Below, piece by piece: positions 1 to 22,426 of a stretch of DNA of 64,000 nt (position 1 is its first letter; every line of letters begins with the position of its first letter). The translations under genes were made by a program, and so were the position numbers. Below the pieces are notes generated by a model. That model did not search any database. It was not told where the DNA came from and saw only the letters and a program-made list of their open reading frames with translations. The stretch is taken from NCBI RefSeq assembly GCF_009914755.1, contig NC_060933.1; one strand, 5' to 3'. The stretch comes from the human T2T-CHM13v2.0 reference genome, Homo sapiens.

Positions 1-750
1 GAGTTTCTCCTGCCTCAGCCTCCTGAGTAGCTGGGATTACAGGTGCCCACCACCACGCCCGGCTGATTTTTGTATTTTTAGTAACAGACAGGGTTTCACT
101 ATGTTGGCCAGGCTGGTCTTGAACTCTTGACCTCAGGCAATCCGCCCGCCTCAGCCTCCCAAAGTGCTGGGATTACAGGCATGAGCCACTGCACTGGGTT
201 TTGTTTTTTGGTTTTTTTTTTTTTTTTTTTTTTTGAGACAGGGTCTCTTCTGTTGCCCAGGCTGGAGTGCAGTGACATAATCATGGCTCACTGCAGCCTC
301 AACCTCCCGAGTAGCTGGGACTACAGGCATGCACCACCACACCCAGCTAATTTTTTTTCTTTTCTTTTCTTTTCTTTTTGTTTTTTTGTTTTTTTGGTAG
401 AAATGGAGTTTCACCATGTTATCCAGGCTAGTTTCTTTCTTTTCTTTTCTTTTTTTTTTTTTTTTGAAACTAAATCTTGCTTTATCACCCAGGCTATAGT
501 GCAGTGGCTCAATCTCAGCTCACTGTAACCTCTGCCTCCTGGGTTCAAGCTATTCTCATGCCTCAGCCTCCCAATTAGCTGGGACTACAGGTGCCCGCCA
601 CCATGCCCAGCTCATTTTTGCATTTTTAGTAGAGATGGGGTTTCACCATGTTGGCCAGCCTGGTCTCAAATTCCTGACCTCAGGTGATCCACCCACCTCA
701 GCCTCCCAATGTGCTGGGATTACAGGCGTAAGCCACCGCGCGCAGCCCCC
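1..750 (-). mobile_element. Cluster of three antisense Alu elements or fragments
   Basis: Alu consensus motifs with poly(T) tracts. Confidence 0.9.
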
Positions 751-877
751 AGGCTAGTCTTAAAGGGAGAAGAACATGCTCTAAGAGGGAGTTAAGTGGG
801 ATTTAAATAACAGAAAGAAGGCAGCCTGCTGTCTTCTCCCTTCAGGACTTAAAGGGCTTTGGGAAGCAGGCCTGGGT

Positions 878-1030
878 GAGAGCAGGATCTCACAGGCTCG
901 ACATTGCTGATACTCTGGGCCACAAGAGTCTTGGCTGTGGGGCCATCCTGTGCTTTGGAGGATGTTCAGCAGTGTCCCTGGTCTCCACTCAGAGAAGCCA
1001 GAGTGCCACCACCAGTCCCCGTTGTGAGCC
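878..1030 (-). mobile_element. MER20-like DNA transposon remnant
   Basis: ...tggggccatcctgtgctttggaggatgttcagcagtgtccctggtctccactc... resembles the MER20 consensus. Confidence 0.6.
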
Positions 1031-1788
1031 ATTGGACTCAAGAATGACCTAATGGCTTAACCTTGTACTGTGACAGAGCCTGAGTTGCCTGAATTTTAAT
1101 GATACAAAGAATTTTAATTATACTAATTTTATTTTATTTTAATTTTTTTGTGAGACGGAGTTTCGCTCTTGTCGCTCTTCTTGCTTGTCTCGCCAACATC
1201 TCATGAAAAACCTTCTAGGACAGCTGGGATACCTCCAATTCATTCTTTTTAATGGTTATATAGCATCTCATAGTAAAGATAAAATATAATTTATTCATTC
1301 AAACACGTGGTTGGAACTTGAGTAGAGGCCCAAGCTCTCTGGGGTATTTGGGATCTATATATTTTGTGTCTGCCGCCACAAACTGGGAGACATTTGCTTT
1401 AACTCTCCACCTGTGGGAGCAACGTAATGTTAGAGAGTGCTGGTTGCCAAGCCTAGGCACTCGAGGAGAAAAACAAAATTCACCTTCCCCCTTTTTCTGA
1501 TCCTTCCATTCATCTGGACATCTCTTCTTTCACCATTTCCTGCTTTCCCCCCTCTAAAATAAGGGAAAATTACTGCTTTGTTTTTTTAAAGCACCGTATC
1601 AAGTTTTACTTTTAACTACAGCCAAATGGCATCAACCATAATTTCTCCTTTCCTTGGCACCATTTCCTCTCTCTTCTTCTGTGCCTCTGCTTCCCTCTGG
1701 TTTCCTTGCTCCTCATTCTCCCTTACTCTTGCCTCCATTTTCTCTTTCTGACTCCTTCTGTCTTATCTTCTATTTCACTTATCTCAAA

Positions 1789-1833
1789 TGAGAGAGAGAG
1801 AGAGAGAAGGAAGGAGAGAGGGAGGGAGGGAAG
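1789..1833 (+). repeat. (GA)n / GGGA purine microsatellite
   Basis: gagagagagagagagagaaggaaggagagagggagggaggg. Confidence 0.85.
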
Positions 1834-2212
1834 GATCCAATGATCTCCCTAGATATGAAATAAAAAGGAACAGTTGCCCAAACCTCCAGTCTTCTTGGTT
1901 GCCAGCTTGGTTGCTATTTTTAATACTAGGCCATAGCAGCAGATCAGCCAGGGATTTAATAGGGAGATTCTAGAAATGAGAGTCATGGAAGTGTTGAGAT
2001 GAGGTCTTCACACATCCCTAGCTGACTGAAAAAGCTATGCATCTATGGGGAAGACCTGAGACAGCACAGCAGAAAGTGAAAGGCAAAGTTACTACTTGTC
2101 CAAAACATTCAATCCTCCCCTCACACTCCCATCATATCTCATGTGAAATTAAAAAAAGAGGAAATATATTGAAATAAGAAAGTTGGGGAATTTGCCTTTG
2201 TGAAAGCACTTA

Positions 2213-2526
<314 letters not shown>

Positions 2527-3174
2527 TGATATTTGTTTTCCTATTCGTAAGTTTGTCCTTAGATTGAAAGGTTTTATTGTATATTGCACACACCAGTTGT
2601 GTATATTAGGAAACATTCCTTAAGTATTTTTTTATTTAACATTTATTTTATTTAAATGTTTTTAATGCTAAACCACAGCAGGGGCTTAGCCTATATTTGG
2701 AAAATGGGTTATCCAAATTATTTAGAAGTCCAAATTTTTATTGTTCTACTTGAAGTTATTTATTACCTTGTTCCTCCTGTAACTAAAAGTGACTCATCCT
2801 CCATCTCCTCCACGTGTTCCATAATGTAGCTAATCTAATGAACTAATCCATTAATTTGTTAATGGAAGAAATATAGCCCATCCCCATCAAATCAAAGTAC
2901 TCAGTCTTCTATGAATCATACATAAGTTTAAATAAATTTCTACAGACATGCTGCAGGCCCTGCTGTCCACTGGTGTGAATTTTAGACGAGGTGAAAGGGA
3001 AGGGTGGGTCTTGACAAGCCGGTATCAAGTACACAGAGGCAGACAAGGACTCTGCCTTTATTTCAGGCACTGCTTTTGAGAAAAATGAGGCAGGGCAGGG
3101 AGGAGGGAAGCCGGTTAGTCAGTGTGCAATTTTGACATACATTTGCAAAGCTGGTTTTTCTGCACCTTTGCCTA

Positions 3175-3575
<401 letters not shown>

Positions 3576-3589
3576 TGAGGAGAAGGCCT

Positions 3590-10245
<6,656 letters not shown>

Positions 10246-10381
10246 GACTAAATATGTTAAAACTAGCACTCTCTAAATTTTATCTACAGTAATTAAAATC
10301 TCAATTGTTATCTCAACTGTTTTTGTTTTCTAAGAAACTAAAAAGCTGATTCTAGAAGGTATATGAACACACAAAGAATTT

Positions 10382-11091
10382 ATGAGAAGTCCCACTCCTG
10401 GTTAGAAGCCTATGTATGTTTCAGGCCAGAGGTAATTAATTACAAAGGCTTTACCTGGCAGGCTTACAGGGTGTGGAGAGGCTGTTCTGCCCACCCCAGA
10501 CTTGGTTCACAGCCAATGCATTGCAGTCTTTGAAGGGAGTTGCAGTCAAGGACCCCCTGGCTGGTCACGCCCTTGTGCATATTTATATTGCCAGCTCAGG
10601 ATCCTCCATTCTTAGGTCTCTTTATCTGAGGCCTATGTAGAGGTCTTCTTCAGGTGCCTCTGTCATGGCCTCCTAATAGGAGAGGAAGAGAAAGCCTTAA
10701 AGACACTTTTCTCCACTCTGAGTACCCAGTGAGTTTCCACTTTCTCCTTGCAGGGCCCCCCAACAGTGAGACAAACCCATGTCTGCACTAATCCAACTAA
10801 CCCTTGACCAGTGCCATTTCCACAGGGAAAAATGGAACAGGGGGAGTCAGTAATTTCTCTGGCTTTAGACTCTTGCTTACACTATTAAAGGAGGTAATTA
10901 AAGACTTAACTCTTTCCTTTTGGGCTTGTTGCTTTAATTGGCTCACTACCTGGGTACAATATACCCATGTAACAAACCTGCATATGTACCCCCTGTATCT
11001 AAAATAAAAGTTGAAATTTTAAAAAGACTAAATATGTTAAAATGAGTACCTAAGTCCTCAGCACTCTTTTTCAGTTCTGCTGAGCTCCTGA
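10382..11091. mobile_element. Solo LTR (ERVL-class, family not assigned) inserted in an older L1
   Basis: TG...CA ends, higher GC than flanks, L1 ORF2 sequence resumes on both sides. Confidence 0.55.
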
Positions 11092-12190
11092 CACTCTAGA
11101 ATAATCAAAACGTTATTTAGAAAGAACACACTTGGAGTACTTTCACTATCTGACTTCAAGACTTACTATAAACCCACAATAATCAAAGGAATGTGGTACT
11201 GGCAAAAGGACAGACAAATAGAAAATACACATTAAAACCACAATGAGATACCACTAACCATCCACATACCCACTCAAATTAAACCACCTGGCAACACCAA
11301 ATGCTGGCAAAAATTTGGAGTCCCAGAACTTACATATATTGTTGGTGAAAGTGGATAATACAACCAATTTGGGAAAATAATAGTTTCTTATAAAACTAAA
11401 CCCCTATGATCATCTACCCCATGAGCCAGCAATTATACTCCTAAGTATTTACTTAAGAGAAATAAGAGCATACATCTACAAAAAAAGACTTAAAGCAGAA
11501 TGTTTACAGAAAGTGATTTCATCATTGCGAAAACCTGGAGACATCTTGAACGTCCATCTACAGGAAGTGGCTAAACAAAGGGTAGTATATCCACATGGTG
11601 ACATATTCCACTGCCACAAAAGGGAATGAAGTACTAATACACACAACTTGAACAAATCTTAAAAACGTTATTCTGAGTGAAAGAAACTTTGCATAGAAGA
11701 GTGTATGATGTTATTCCATTTATAGAAAATTCTAGAAAAGAATAATTTATAATGAAATCAGAACTCTGGTTGCCTCTAAGGGGTTAGCAGTGGGGAAAAC
11801 TAAAGGTATGAGAAAACTTGGAGATAATGGTAATATTCTATAATTTAGTAGGTTACACAGTGTATGCATTTGTCAAAACTTGTTTAACAGTATTCAAGAT
11901 TTGTGCATGGTGCTGCATGCAAATTTTACCTGAAAAACAGCTTCAACTCCAGTTAATTATATGTGTGCTGAACTGCTTAGAAGTGAAGTATGCTTTCAGT
12001 TGACTTTTCAATGAATTAAAAAACTAGATGGATTGATGGATGAATAGAAGGATGGATAGATGGATTGTTATGTGGTAAAGCAGTAATAGTTTTATCCAGA
12101 ATCTAGGTGGTGGGTACATGCATGTTCACTGTATAAAACTTTCAGCTTCTATAGATGTTTGAAAATTCTCATAATAAAATGGAAAATAAT
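11092..12190 (+). mobile_element. Old L1M ORF2 end / 3' UTR
   Basis: ctgacttcaagacttactataaa, ccagcaattatactcctaagtattta motifs. Confidence 0.75.
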
Positions 12191-12251
12191 GGCACAATTC
12201 TATGTATTTTTTAATCAACTTTGAAATATGCCGATAAGAACCACATTGCTA

Positions 12252-12615
<364 letters not shown>

Positions 12616-13668
12616 TCATTAACCATGTGCATGTATTAATTCAATAAATAAACACATTAAAATTAAATGAGAGTTTAGTATCCATAACATTCCCTGAGAG
12701 AAAAATCTAGAGACTACTGCAGTTTGAAAGGCATGTAAAGAGAGGGGAATATGTTTGCAGTTTTGTTTTTTGTTTTTTGTTTTTTTCAAACAAAGAGAAT
12801 ACTGATGAAGAGGCAAAGATTTGGAATTTAGTAAAGAATAGGGATCATTTGTTAATTTTCAGAAGCTTTTAGGATAAATGAAATGAAAAAGATGCTGGGT
12901 TATTTTGGCAGGGAGTTTGATACACTTGACTAAAAGATTTAAAAATATACCTACATGTCAAGAAAAACTGAAATATTCTATACGTTTTACTACTTCCACT
13001 TAGCAGAGTTTATCTTGAGCCACTGTCCGTGGCATGTCCAATAGATGTAAAGGCTTCACACACACTCCTCATATGAACAAGTTACTGAAATATTGTCAAA
13101 GTGTCACATTTTCTCTATTATAAGGTAAATTGTTTTTCACAATTCTATTTTCTTTGAAATATGGGTAAGTCCTATAATCAATCTTCACCTTTAATGTGGT
13201 AGTACTAAACACTACCCAGAGTAACAACTAGGTATTTAATAGAACATCGTATAATAGAGAGAATCTCAGAATCAAATAAGATAGGTGAGTTTTTGCAAGC
13301 CTGTCTTTCTAGAGTTCCCTAGTATTCTTTAGAGTGTTAGGCCTATCATTCTCAGCTACCCACCAGATTGTACTTTACTAAGGCACAGGCAACTGTAAGA
13401 GTCAGACAATACTTGATAGTGTTGATATTAACACTTGAGATTTGTGATCACATAGGCATTGATTTGAGTCCTGACTCTATCACTTACTCCTGGATTATAT
13501 GAACTTGGATAGATTATTTAAGGTCTCTAGGTCTTATCTGTAAAATTTCCTAATCTGTAAAAATAGTGTGACAATAATAAATAGCCTAACCAAAAAATAG
13601 ACTTAAATAAATGTATGAAAAGCAGAGTAAGTGCTCAAAAACTTAGCTCTACTCTTATGCAAAAATGA

Positions 13669-14065
<397 letters not shown>

Positions 14066-14809
14066 CATTGTGGTCAAGTTTTACACAGGCATGATTTGTT
14101 TCGTGGCCTAGACTGAGTTGAATTAGAATAGAAGAAACCATATTACAAGTATTCAGGAATTAAGCAAAGACAAAAAAATAGTTATGACTGTGATAACTGA
14201 AACAAAGGAAAACATATAAGAGACAATGCATTTAATTTGCAAATTGACAAATAAGGTAGGTGAGGAAAAAAAGAGGCTTATGGAATTCTTGAGCCTAACG
14301 TGCAAGAAGAACAAGGATGCCGTTTGTTGGGAGAGGGGAATTGAGGAATAAGAGCCCATTTATTGGTGTGTGTATGTGTTGGGGGAGGAATGAGTTCAGT
14401 TTGGGACAACCATGAAGACCCAGCAGACAGTTGAAATACTGTTATGGAGTTCCCTTATATTCTAACCTATTACCTTTAGTTCTTTGAAGTCAGTTCTGCA
14501 CCCCACTTTTTGCTCTACACCCAGACAGTAGCACAGACTGGTGTTCAGTAATGACAGATGGAAAAGTAATGGGAGAACGGTGGTAAGTGGCCGGTGCATG
14601 CTGCAAGGCTTGTGCATGAAGACTCATCCTGAGTGAAGAGCCACACAGTTCCACCAGGGGGAAGACTGGTTTTTGCATATCCTGCAGAAACTCAACCACC
14701 TATTAGAGGAGAGAAACAGAGCGGGAAAGAACTACGCTGTAGGAAGGAAAGATGAACTTGAGTTTCACTTCTTAGTGCCTTTTCTCAGGGGAGAGGCCAT
14801 CACTTGAAG

Positions 14810-15417
14810 ATGCTGTCTCCTGCTCCTTCTCCGGGGATTAGGTATGAGCCTTGACTTGTGAGGAGTCTGGGGTTAATGTTAATGCTGGGTAGAGAGGTGG
14901 AAAGACTTCCTCTCCGGAGAGTCTGAAGCCACCAGACAGAAGATGAAGGGGATATGTTAGATTAAAGGACCATAACAGAGTAATTGTCGGCACAATAAAA
15001 AGGAGGCAGTGCCCTGGGGTCCTTTGGGAGCTGAGGTGGTATTGGAGAGATAAAGCAGAGACTTTCCCGTCTGACCCCAAGCTTGTCGGCCCTCATGAAT
15101 ATCTCTCTGGAACTAGGCTCTGTGTTCAGTGCTGTCATCTCTCAAAAGCCAAGCAGGGATATCTGTCAACGTGGAACCTCCATGATGATCCAGTGTCAAG
15201 TCGACAGCCAAGTCACCATGATGTTCTGGTACTGTCAGCAACCTGGACAGAGCGTGACACTGATTGCAACTGCAAATCAGGGCTCTGAGGCCACATATGA
15301 GAGCAGATTTGTCATTGACAAGTTTCCCATCAGCCGCCCAAACCTAACATTCTCAACTCTGACTGTGAGCAACAGGAGACCTGAAGACAGCAGCATATAC
15401 CTCTGCAGCGTTGAAGA
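14810..15417 (+). pseudogene. TRBV29OR9-2: Orphon T-cell receptor beta variable gene, TRBV29 family (leader 14810-14841, V exon 15117-15417), non-functional
   Basis: V exon reads SAVISQKPSRDICQRGTSMMIQCQVDSQVTMMFWYCQQPGQS...DSSIYLCSVE, typical of TRBV29. The leader is 32 nt (phase 2) while the V exon needs phase 1, so the spliced product is frameshifted. No D/J/C segments in the window. Confidence 0.93.
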
Positions 15418-15456
15418 CACAGTGCAGGGCACAGATCAAAGATCTAAGCAAGAACC
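15418..15456 (+). other. V(D)J recombination signal sequence (23-RSS)
   Basis: Heptamer CACAGTG (15418-15424), 23-nt spacer, nonamer GCAAGAACC (15448-15456). Confidence 0.93.
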
Positions 15457-15899
15457 TCAGCTCCCTTCTACCCAGCTCCCCTCACATGAACCTGAGGGCC
15501 CTGTCAAGGTGGGACAGAAGAGGAAACCACAGCTCTTGGGTAGACACAGCTGCTTCTGTGCTTGTAGGTGGGCATGGGTATGAATGGATAGACTGGGGAT
15601 GAGGAGAGCATCTGCAGGACTAGCTGCAGTGTTCTATCCACAGTCAGGAAGAGTGGCTCCTGGAAAGCTGAGGGTAAAATTTCTTCTAGAAGGGTGCTCA
15701 GAAATACCCAATAAAAACAATCAGATACAGTTTCCTTCAAGTGGCAGGGTCAGTAATAGCCTTTAACTGTTTTATCTCAAGGCTCTATTTAGCTGGTTTT
15801 CTATCATAATATATTTTGGAAGAACTTTAGTCATCTTGAAACAAAGCTGGTATTACATTAATGACATCTGGTTGTTCTCCGTGGATAGGAATTATAAAG

Positions 15900-17330
15900 C
15901 CCTCTAGATGCCTCAGTATGACAATATGACACATGCATCCCAGACCAATATAAAATCTGCAAAGTTCAGGAACCTTCTATACTGGTGAGTTTTGGAGTGG
16001 TCCAGAGGTTTGGGGCATGTTGAAATATCTCCTCTAATGTGAGAAGTAAGCTGCTGCACCTTAGATCATCTACCACAGAGAAAGAGATGCAATGCTTAGT
16101 CTTTGGACTTTGAATTAAACTTCGGATATACTGCATTTGATTGTGCTACTCTATTCCGTTTACTATGTAATCTGTAAAGCTGGGGCCAGGGAAAGAGAGG
16201 GTTCTGTGGCAGAACAAGCCCATGATAAAAGCTTCCTGCTGCTTGGGCCATAGACTAAGCAGACCCAGTTGCTCCTGAAGAGCCTATGGTAGATACAGAT
16301 GCTCTGTGGAGCTCCTGACATTCCCCAGTAAGAGAATCACAAGGCAGTGTGGAACAGGTTCACTGTGCCCTGATTTGCACTTCAGACCACTGCATCTTGG
16401 GCTACACTTTTGTTGCTTTCCAGACCCCAGAGAGAAAGAATGCTCTCACACACAAATTACATGAAGAGTGTTTATTACTTACACACAGGCAGCAAGGGAA
16501 AACAGAGGCCTAAGATTCAGGGAAAGCCAGTCCCACTAGGCTCAGGAAAGCTGTCCAGGGTGGATGAAATCTTGTCTGTGCCTTCCCTACTTGCACTGCC
16601 ACTGGGGGACCTCAGAGAGCAGCCACCCTGGGTTTTATATCACAGAGCAACTTGACATGCTTGGCAAAGCACTGAAGGACATTCTATTTCTAGAAGGGAC
16701 TGGAACAGAGCCCTGGCTATTCTGGACAGTTCCTCCTTATCTCAGGATGTTACATTCCCAGAACATTGTACAGTTATTCTTGAGAACTACAAGCAAGAAA
16801 CTGGGGAGTACTGAGTTTGTCCAAGGCCACCTGGAGAATTGCCCTGCAGACAGGTGCAGAGTTTTGGTTAAAGCCATACTCTTACCAGCCAACGACCCCC
16901 TCTTCTTCTTTTGAAAAGTTGCTCCTGGCTCTGTAATGGATGCCTTATAATGGCATTCAGAACAAGGTATTATCTGATCTGCAAAACTGAATTTGGTTGT
17001 GCCCAGAGCATTCTCTCTGTTATTAAATGGAAAATATATAATCAAGACCATACTTAAGCACAGCTGGAAAAAGGCACAATTCAATTTCAAGAGCACATCT
17101 GAGTCTCACGGTACCCTACTCATACTTTTCTCCTCTTACCTTCAAACCACACCTAAGTTTTATGGAAATTCCATATTTCCAGTTGAGAAACATGAGCTCA
17201 TTGTTTTAGATGGGTCTTCACGTTATTCTGGAAGGATCATTACAGTCTAACCAAGTATGGTTCTGAAAGGTAGTGGTGAAGGGAAATCCTCTCGGGGCCA
17301 AAACTTAAATTGGTATACCTGATTGTTGTC
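15900..17330 (+). mobile_element. Degenerate ERVL internal (pol-like) fragment interrupted by a solo LTR at about 16349-16850
   Basis: ERVL-like motifs (ctgctgcttgggcca, gatgctctgtggagc, cttttgaaaagttgctcctggc) on either side of a TG...CA block. Confidence 0.55.
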
Positions 17331-20300
17331 CATATTTTATTGAAGAAGAGATGGCCAGAAGTATAGCTATATCTTATGTTCAATTTTCTTTCATACTATC
17401 ATCTAGTCTCCTTACCTATTCAGTCATATTTTTCTTCTTTTTGCTTCTCTATGCTACAATCTGGGTAATTTCTTTAAAACTACTGTTTAGTTTACTAATT
17501 CACACCTCAGCTCCAGTAAGCCTCTAATTTAATCTTTCAGCTGACTTTGTTCATCTAAATTATATTAATTTTTATTTCTAGAAAATCCACTTGGGTCATT
17601 TACAAATATGAGTGGCCATTTTTGAAAGCATCTTACTCCTTGTGTATTTTAAAACTATTTTCTTTTTATAAGTATATTAAGCATCTACTGGGAATTCTTA
17701 TCTGACAATGCCAGCATTTGATACCTTTTTGCATCTGGTTTTTAGTAGTCTGCTGGCTCTCACTCAGGGTGGCCTATTTCCTTGGGCATTATTTAATTTG
17801 ATGTCAATTCATCTTTCAGAATTCTTTAAATACTGGAGTAAAAGTGGGTTTTCTAAGAAATATTCATGCTTGCCTCTGTCAAGAAATTGGGGCGCTACAG
17901 ACCTAATATCACTTTTTTTATAATTCTCAGTAGATATCTTCTTGGTCATAGAATGTCTATCTCAAACCCCAATGGGCTGACTGTTCAGCGACCATGAATA
18001 TTCAGAGGAATTTTTTTTAAATCCTTCACCCAAAGCCAAGACCAAGATAAATAATATTCTTTGTTAACTGTTTCTAGGATTAGTTTTCTAGCTCATCCTT
18101 TCACTAACTGTGTATCTCTTTGTGTACCTCACTTTATGAAGGAGTGATTCCTATCTAGTTTCTGGTCCATGTAAGGTGTCATGGGCCTTCTCCAGTTTCC
18201 ACGTGTACTAATTCTCCAGGTCACAGGAATGCACATGTATACCCATTTTATGTCATGGGTTCAGTGCTAGCTTACCTTCCTGCTCGATGCTCCCATTACC
18301 ATAGGAAGTTGACAAATTTACCTACAGTGAAGCCTTGGATTATGAAGCACCTTCCTATATTACAAAATTGCCTCTTTAAAAGCAGTAAAGCACTGTGCTT
18401 AGGAACTTGAACTTTATCAAGTGACAGACCTAAGTTTAAAACTTGGTTCTTCTTTAACACTAGGTGTAACCTTAACAAGTTACACAATTTCTCCATGCCT
18501 TAATTTCTCCATAGAAAATAAGAATAATAGTGAGTTTTTAAATGTAGGGTTTTTTTATAAGAAAGTGATGCAATTATCTGCATAAAAAGCACACAGAGAC
18601 AAAATATGCAATTAGTGTAGTTGCTACCTAAACGTATTTCTCACTATAAAAACATATTTTACCACTAGCAATTCCTTCCTCAAGAATAAGTATGACCCGC
18701 TCTCAGAAAATTTTATTATTATAATTGTTTCTCTTTTAGCTATTTTAATTACATAAAAAATTTGTGGTATTATAAAATATGCATATTATCAAAATAAAAA
18801 GTCAAAATCGTTCAGTTTAATACAATTAGATCATACAATATGTAGTTTTAGAATTTATTCCCTTAACCCAACAATATTTCATGAATATCATTTCATGTCA
18901 AAAATATTTTACATTAACTTTAATAAGAATAGTTCAATACACTGATGACCATCCTTCATACAATCAAAACCCATGACAAGGTATATATCCATAGGCTAGA
19001 TGACAGGGTTATTTAATTTTAAATAGCAATTGGTTGTGTGTTTTGAATTATTTCTGTTACAGACTCAGAAGTAAACCATGAAAGCCCTCCTAACTCTACC
19101 TGCAGATGGCTGGTCCTTTTTATTCAGGTGTTAACTTAAATGCCACCTCCCCAAAGAGACCCTTCCACTCTACGTAAAAGCACTTCAGCAGTCATCCCAT
19201 ATTATATTATCACTTTATCCTATTTTACTAATATATACTCATCATTTACTGAAAGCGATGTATGTGCATCCCATTTCTATACCTCCTCACATGTGCATAA
19301 ATGCATGCACGTGTACTCACAAATGCACTGAAACAAGAACCTTTTCTATCTTCTTCATTGCTGCTTCCAAATAGCCTAGAAGAACTCCTGGAATATCACT
19401 CCAGGAATTCAATAAATATTTGTGAGTAAATAAATATGATTTCAAAGAAAAGAGGAAAATTTATACAGCTGCAGTGGATTTCCCTGGAGGAAAACTCTAC
19501 AAAGGCATTTGAGTTTAGATAATCTAAGCCCATAAGAAAATTAACTAGATTATTCTAACAGGAAAGGAATAAGCACTTCAAACTTTATATTTTTTATTCT
19601 TGTTTCAAATTTATGTTTTAGTTTCGGGGAGGATAGGAAAAGATTAAAGGACACAAAATTACAGCTAGATAGGAGGAATAACTTCCAGTGTTTTACAGAA
19701 CTGTAGGAAGACTACAGATAACAAGCTTTGTATTTGAATAGAAAGGTACACATGCCATGTGCCAATCCCCTTCTGCTGCCTTACCCAAGACTGGGAAATG
19801 GAACAGATGATATGGGTTCTACAGAGAAGCAAAGTGCAGAACCTGCTCAAACACAGTGGCTCTGGGGTGGAAGGTTCTCAATTGGAATTGTGCTGGTGCC
19901 TGTGTGGATGGAGCACTCAGTTCTGAGCCTTGGGAGCCTTTTGAAGGCCCTCCTGGCCAAGACGATCTTGAGGAAATGACTGACCCGTTGGCTGCCTTCC
20001 AAATGGATGACACAGTCTAGACTTTTATAAGCTAAATGAGTAGAAGGAACCCAGTTGACTGGATTTATCACCAAACCCAGCTTGTGAGCCTCAATTTAGA
20101 GCTAGTATAATTTAGAAAAATAAATACATACACCATATATTAAACTCTGAGTATCATGAAACAGATCCTAGATGTTACAATCATAAGAATCTATATGGGT
20201 GTTTCTCCTGCACTCTGTCCTGGCTTTCTTCTGCTTCCTGTCTAAGGGAGCCTGGACTCACTTAAGCAGCTCTAATAGGCCAAACAAGAGAGTGGTCAAG

Positions 20301-21260
20301 GAGTGGCTGAAATGTGAACAGAAAGACTCACCATTATATTACAGCAATCAATCTATCCTTAAAATAATTTAGGTTTAGTCTCAAGTGCTAGAGGCTTCCC
20401 CATTTACCCATACATGGAAGCCTGAAGAATAAACAGAACTATAAACTTCCCTCCGGGCATAAAACTTGCATGTCTTCCATGGCTTCAAGGTGGGGAGCAG
20501 CTGGGCAGGCAGAAGGAGGGGCAAGGGGCAGGCAAGAGGAGGGGCAGGAGGCAGGCAGGGAGGAATGGGCTACTCCATTTAGCTGATCAGCCTTGACCAG
20601 TTCATGCTCTGCGACTCCATATTACAAGTCAGACTTTTCTGGATCATACAGAGCACTCCCTTCACTCTCCAGATTCAGTGATTCCTGGGATGAGATAGTA
20701 ACAAAAACAATTCCTTATTGGATAAAGCGAAATTGTGCCGTGGGGGAGATAAGAAGCTTAGAAAAAAAGAAAAATAATGGATGAGGAGAGGAGCTGGGAG
20801 TTTGGCGGGAAGACAGCCTAAAATCTGACAATCTGTTTGCAGAATGATAAAGGATACTGGAACCCAAGGAGGAGTTGACTAAGAGCTTAGGAGAAAGATC
20901 TGGTGGGATTTGGAGAAGAAAGTGTTAAAAAAAAAAGAATTTGGAATCTGACACTTTTCAGACTACTATGAGGTCTGAAAGACTCATGTAGCAACGTGAA
21001 GAGGAACAAACTTTGTCTGAATAGGGAAGGTTCTAGTATGATCTTTGCTGGAGAAGTCATTTGAACTCTGAGTTTTAGATTGTTGATTTGTAAAAAGGAG
21101 AGAACAATATCTGCTGCCTACCACCTCAGTGAGGGTGCACCAAGGATCAGCTCAGAGGAGGCAAAGCAGAATGCCCTATGGCAGAGCATGGAGGCCCTAG
21201 AGTCAGACCACCATACTTACATCCCATCTTTAAAACCTACTGGCTGTGTGGCCTTGAGCA

Positions 21261-22426
21261 AGTCACTTTACCTCCAGAAAGCTCATTTAATCACCTGGAA
21301 AATGGGCAATCGCATAAGTGGTTGTAATGTAAAATGAAGAAAAAATTCTTAACTTATATGAGTTACATGCTGTATAGTAACATGGTATATAGTAAGCACA
21401 CAGAATTGATTCACTGTTATCAAAATTGAAGGACAGTGGTTTGATGTGCTAAGCACTCAGTACAAGCCAGAAAGATGTCTTAGAGAAGAAGACAAAGAAA
21501 TCTCTAGTTCAGGATGAAGAGTACCAAGAATGGCATGTCCTCCAAATTGAGCTTGGGCAGCTGGATCTGAACCTATCCTACACATCTGAGTCTACAGTAT
21601 GAGGTAACAGTCTCCACCTATAGCTATCTTCTCTGCCTGTAAGGTCATTCCTTTTTGAAGAAAGCTGACCTCAGACTATACTGTGATCATTTAAGGAAGA
21701 GCGCAAAATACTGGAGAAGGCTAATCTTCAAGCTCTAGATACAGAAAATCCTCATATTCTTGGGTGTTCCTTTCAGACAGAGTCAGAGCCACAAGCACTG
21801 ATCCAAAAATCCCGTTCTCCAAAAAAAGTTTCCATCTTCTGCCAAGGTTCACCTCCCTATTTAGTGCACACTGGTGTCTACAGTTGCTACAGCAAGAGCC
21901 TTTCCTTATCCTCTAAGGCAGGAGTTGTGTGAAGACCCCATGACAAGGGGACAAAATGAAACAACATGTTTAGGGGCAACACAGGAAAAACCCATATTAT
22001 CAATGCTCCAAAACCTGGATACCTCAGGCTTGGCCAGTCATTTGTGAGCAGAGAGGTGTGTCATCTACATGGCAGTCATGGCCTGGATGGGTCTGGAACT
22101 GTGGCAAGGGAAGTCTCTGAGACAAGGTGCCAGGAGAAAGATGAATTCAATCATCTATTTCTGCCAGGAAGAAAAGCAGGAGGAAGGAATCAGATGCACA
22201 GTTTGTCCTCTGGGGACCTCTGCCTTGATCCTCAATAAATCTCCTTTTAGATGTCACCTGCAGCAATTCCCACAGTTCACAATGATCTCCATGGCTTCCG
22301 TTGGCCTTATGGTGAGCTCTGCCAAGATCTGTATTCTTGGGCAAGACAGAATCCTTCTGAATCTCAGTCTCTTCCTCTATAAATGGAAATAATTTTGCTC
22401 TGCACAAATCACAATTAGCATGTTTG
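21261..22426 (+). repeat. Trypsinogen homology-unit upstream segment, copy 1
   Basis: Near-identical to 31948-33120 (for example ORFs 21966.. and 32660.. are almost the same); offset about 10.69 kb. Confidence 0.95.

Noticed and set aside
15083-15583. 166-aa ORF spanning the V exon and RSS as a stand-alone protein
   Set aside because: It starts in the intron and reads through the RSS; this is just the open V exon plus flanks.
19730-20090. Non-repeat-looking block with several short open frames, a possible pseudogene fragment
   Set aside because: No translation in any frame resembled a protein family I recognise; a BLASTX/Dfam search would be needed.
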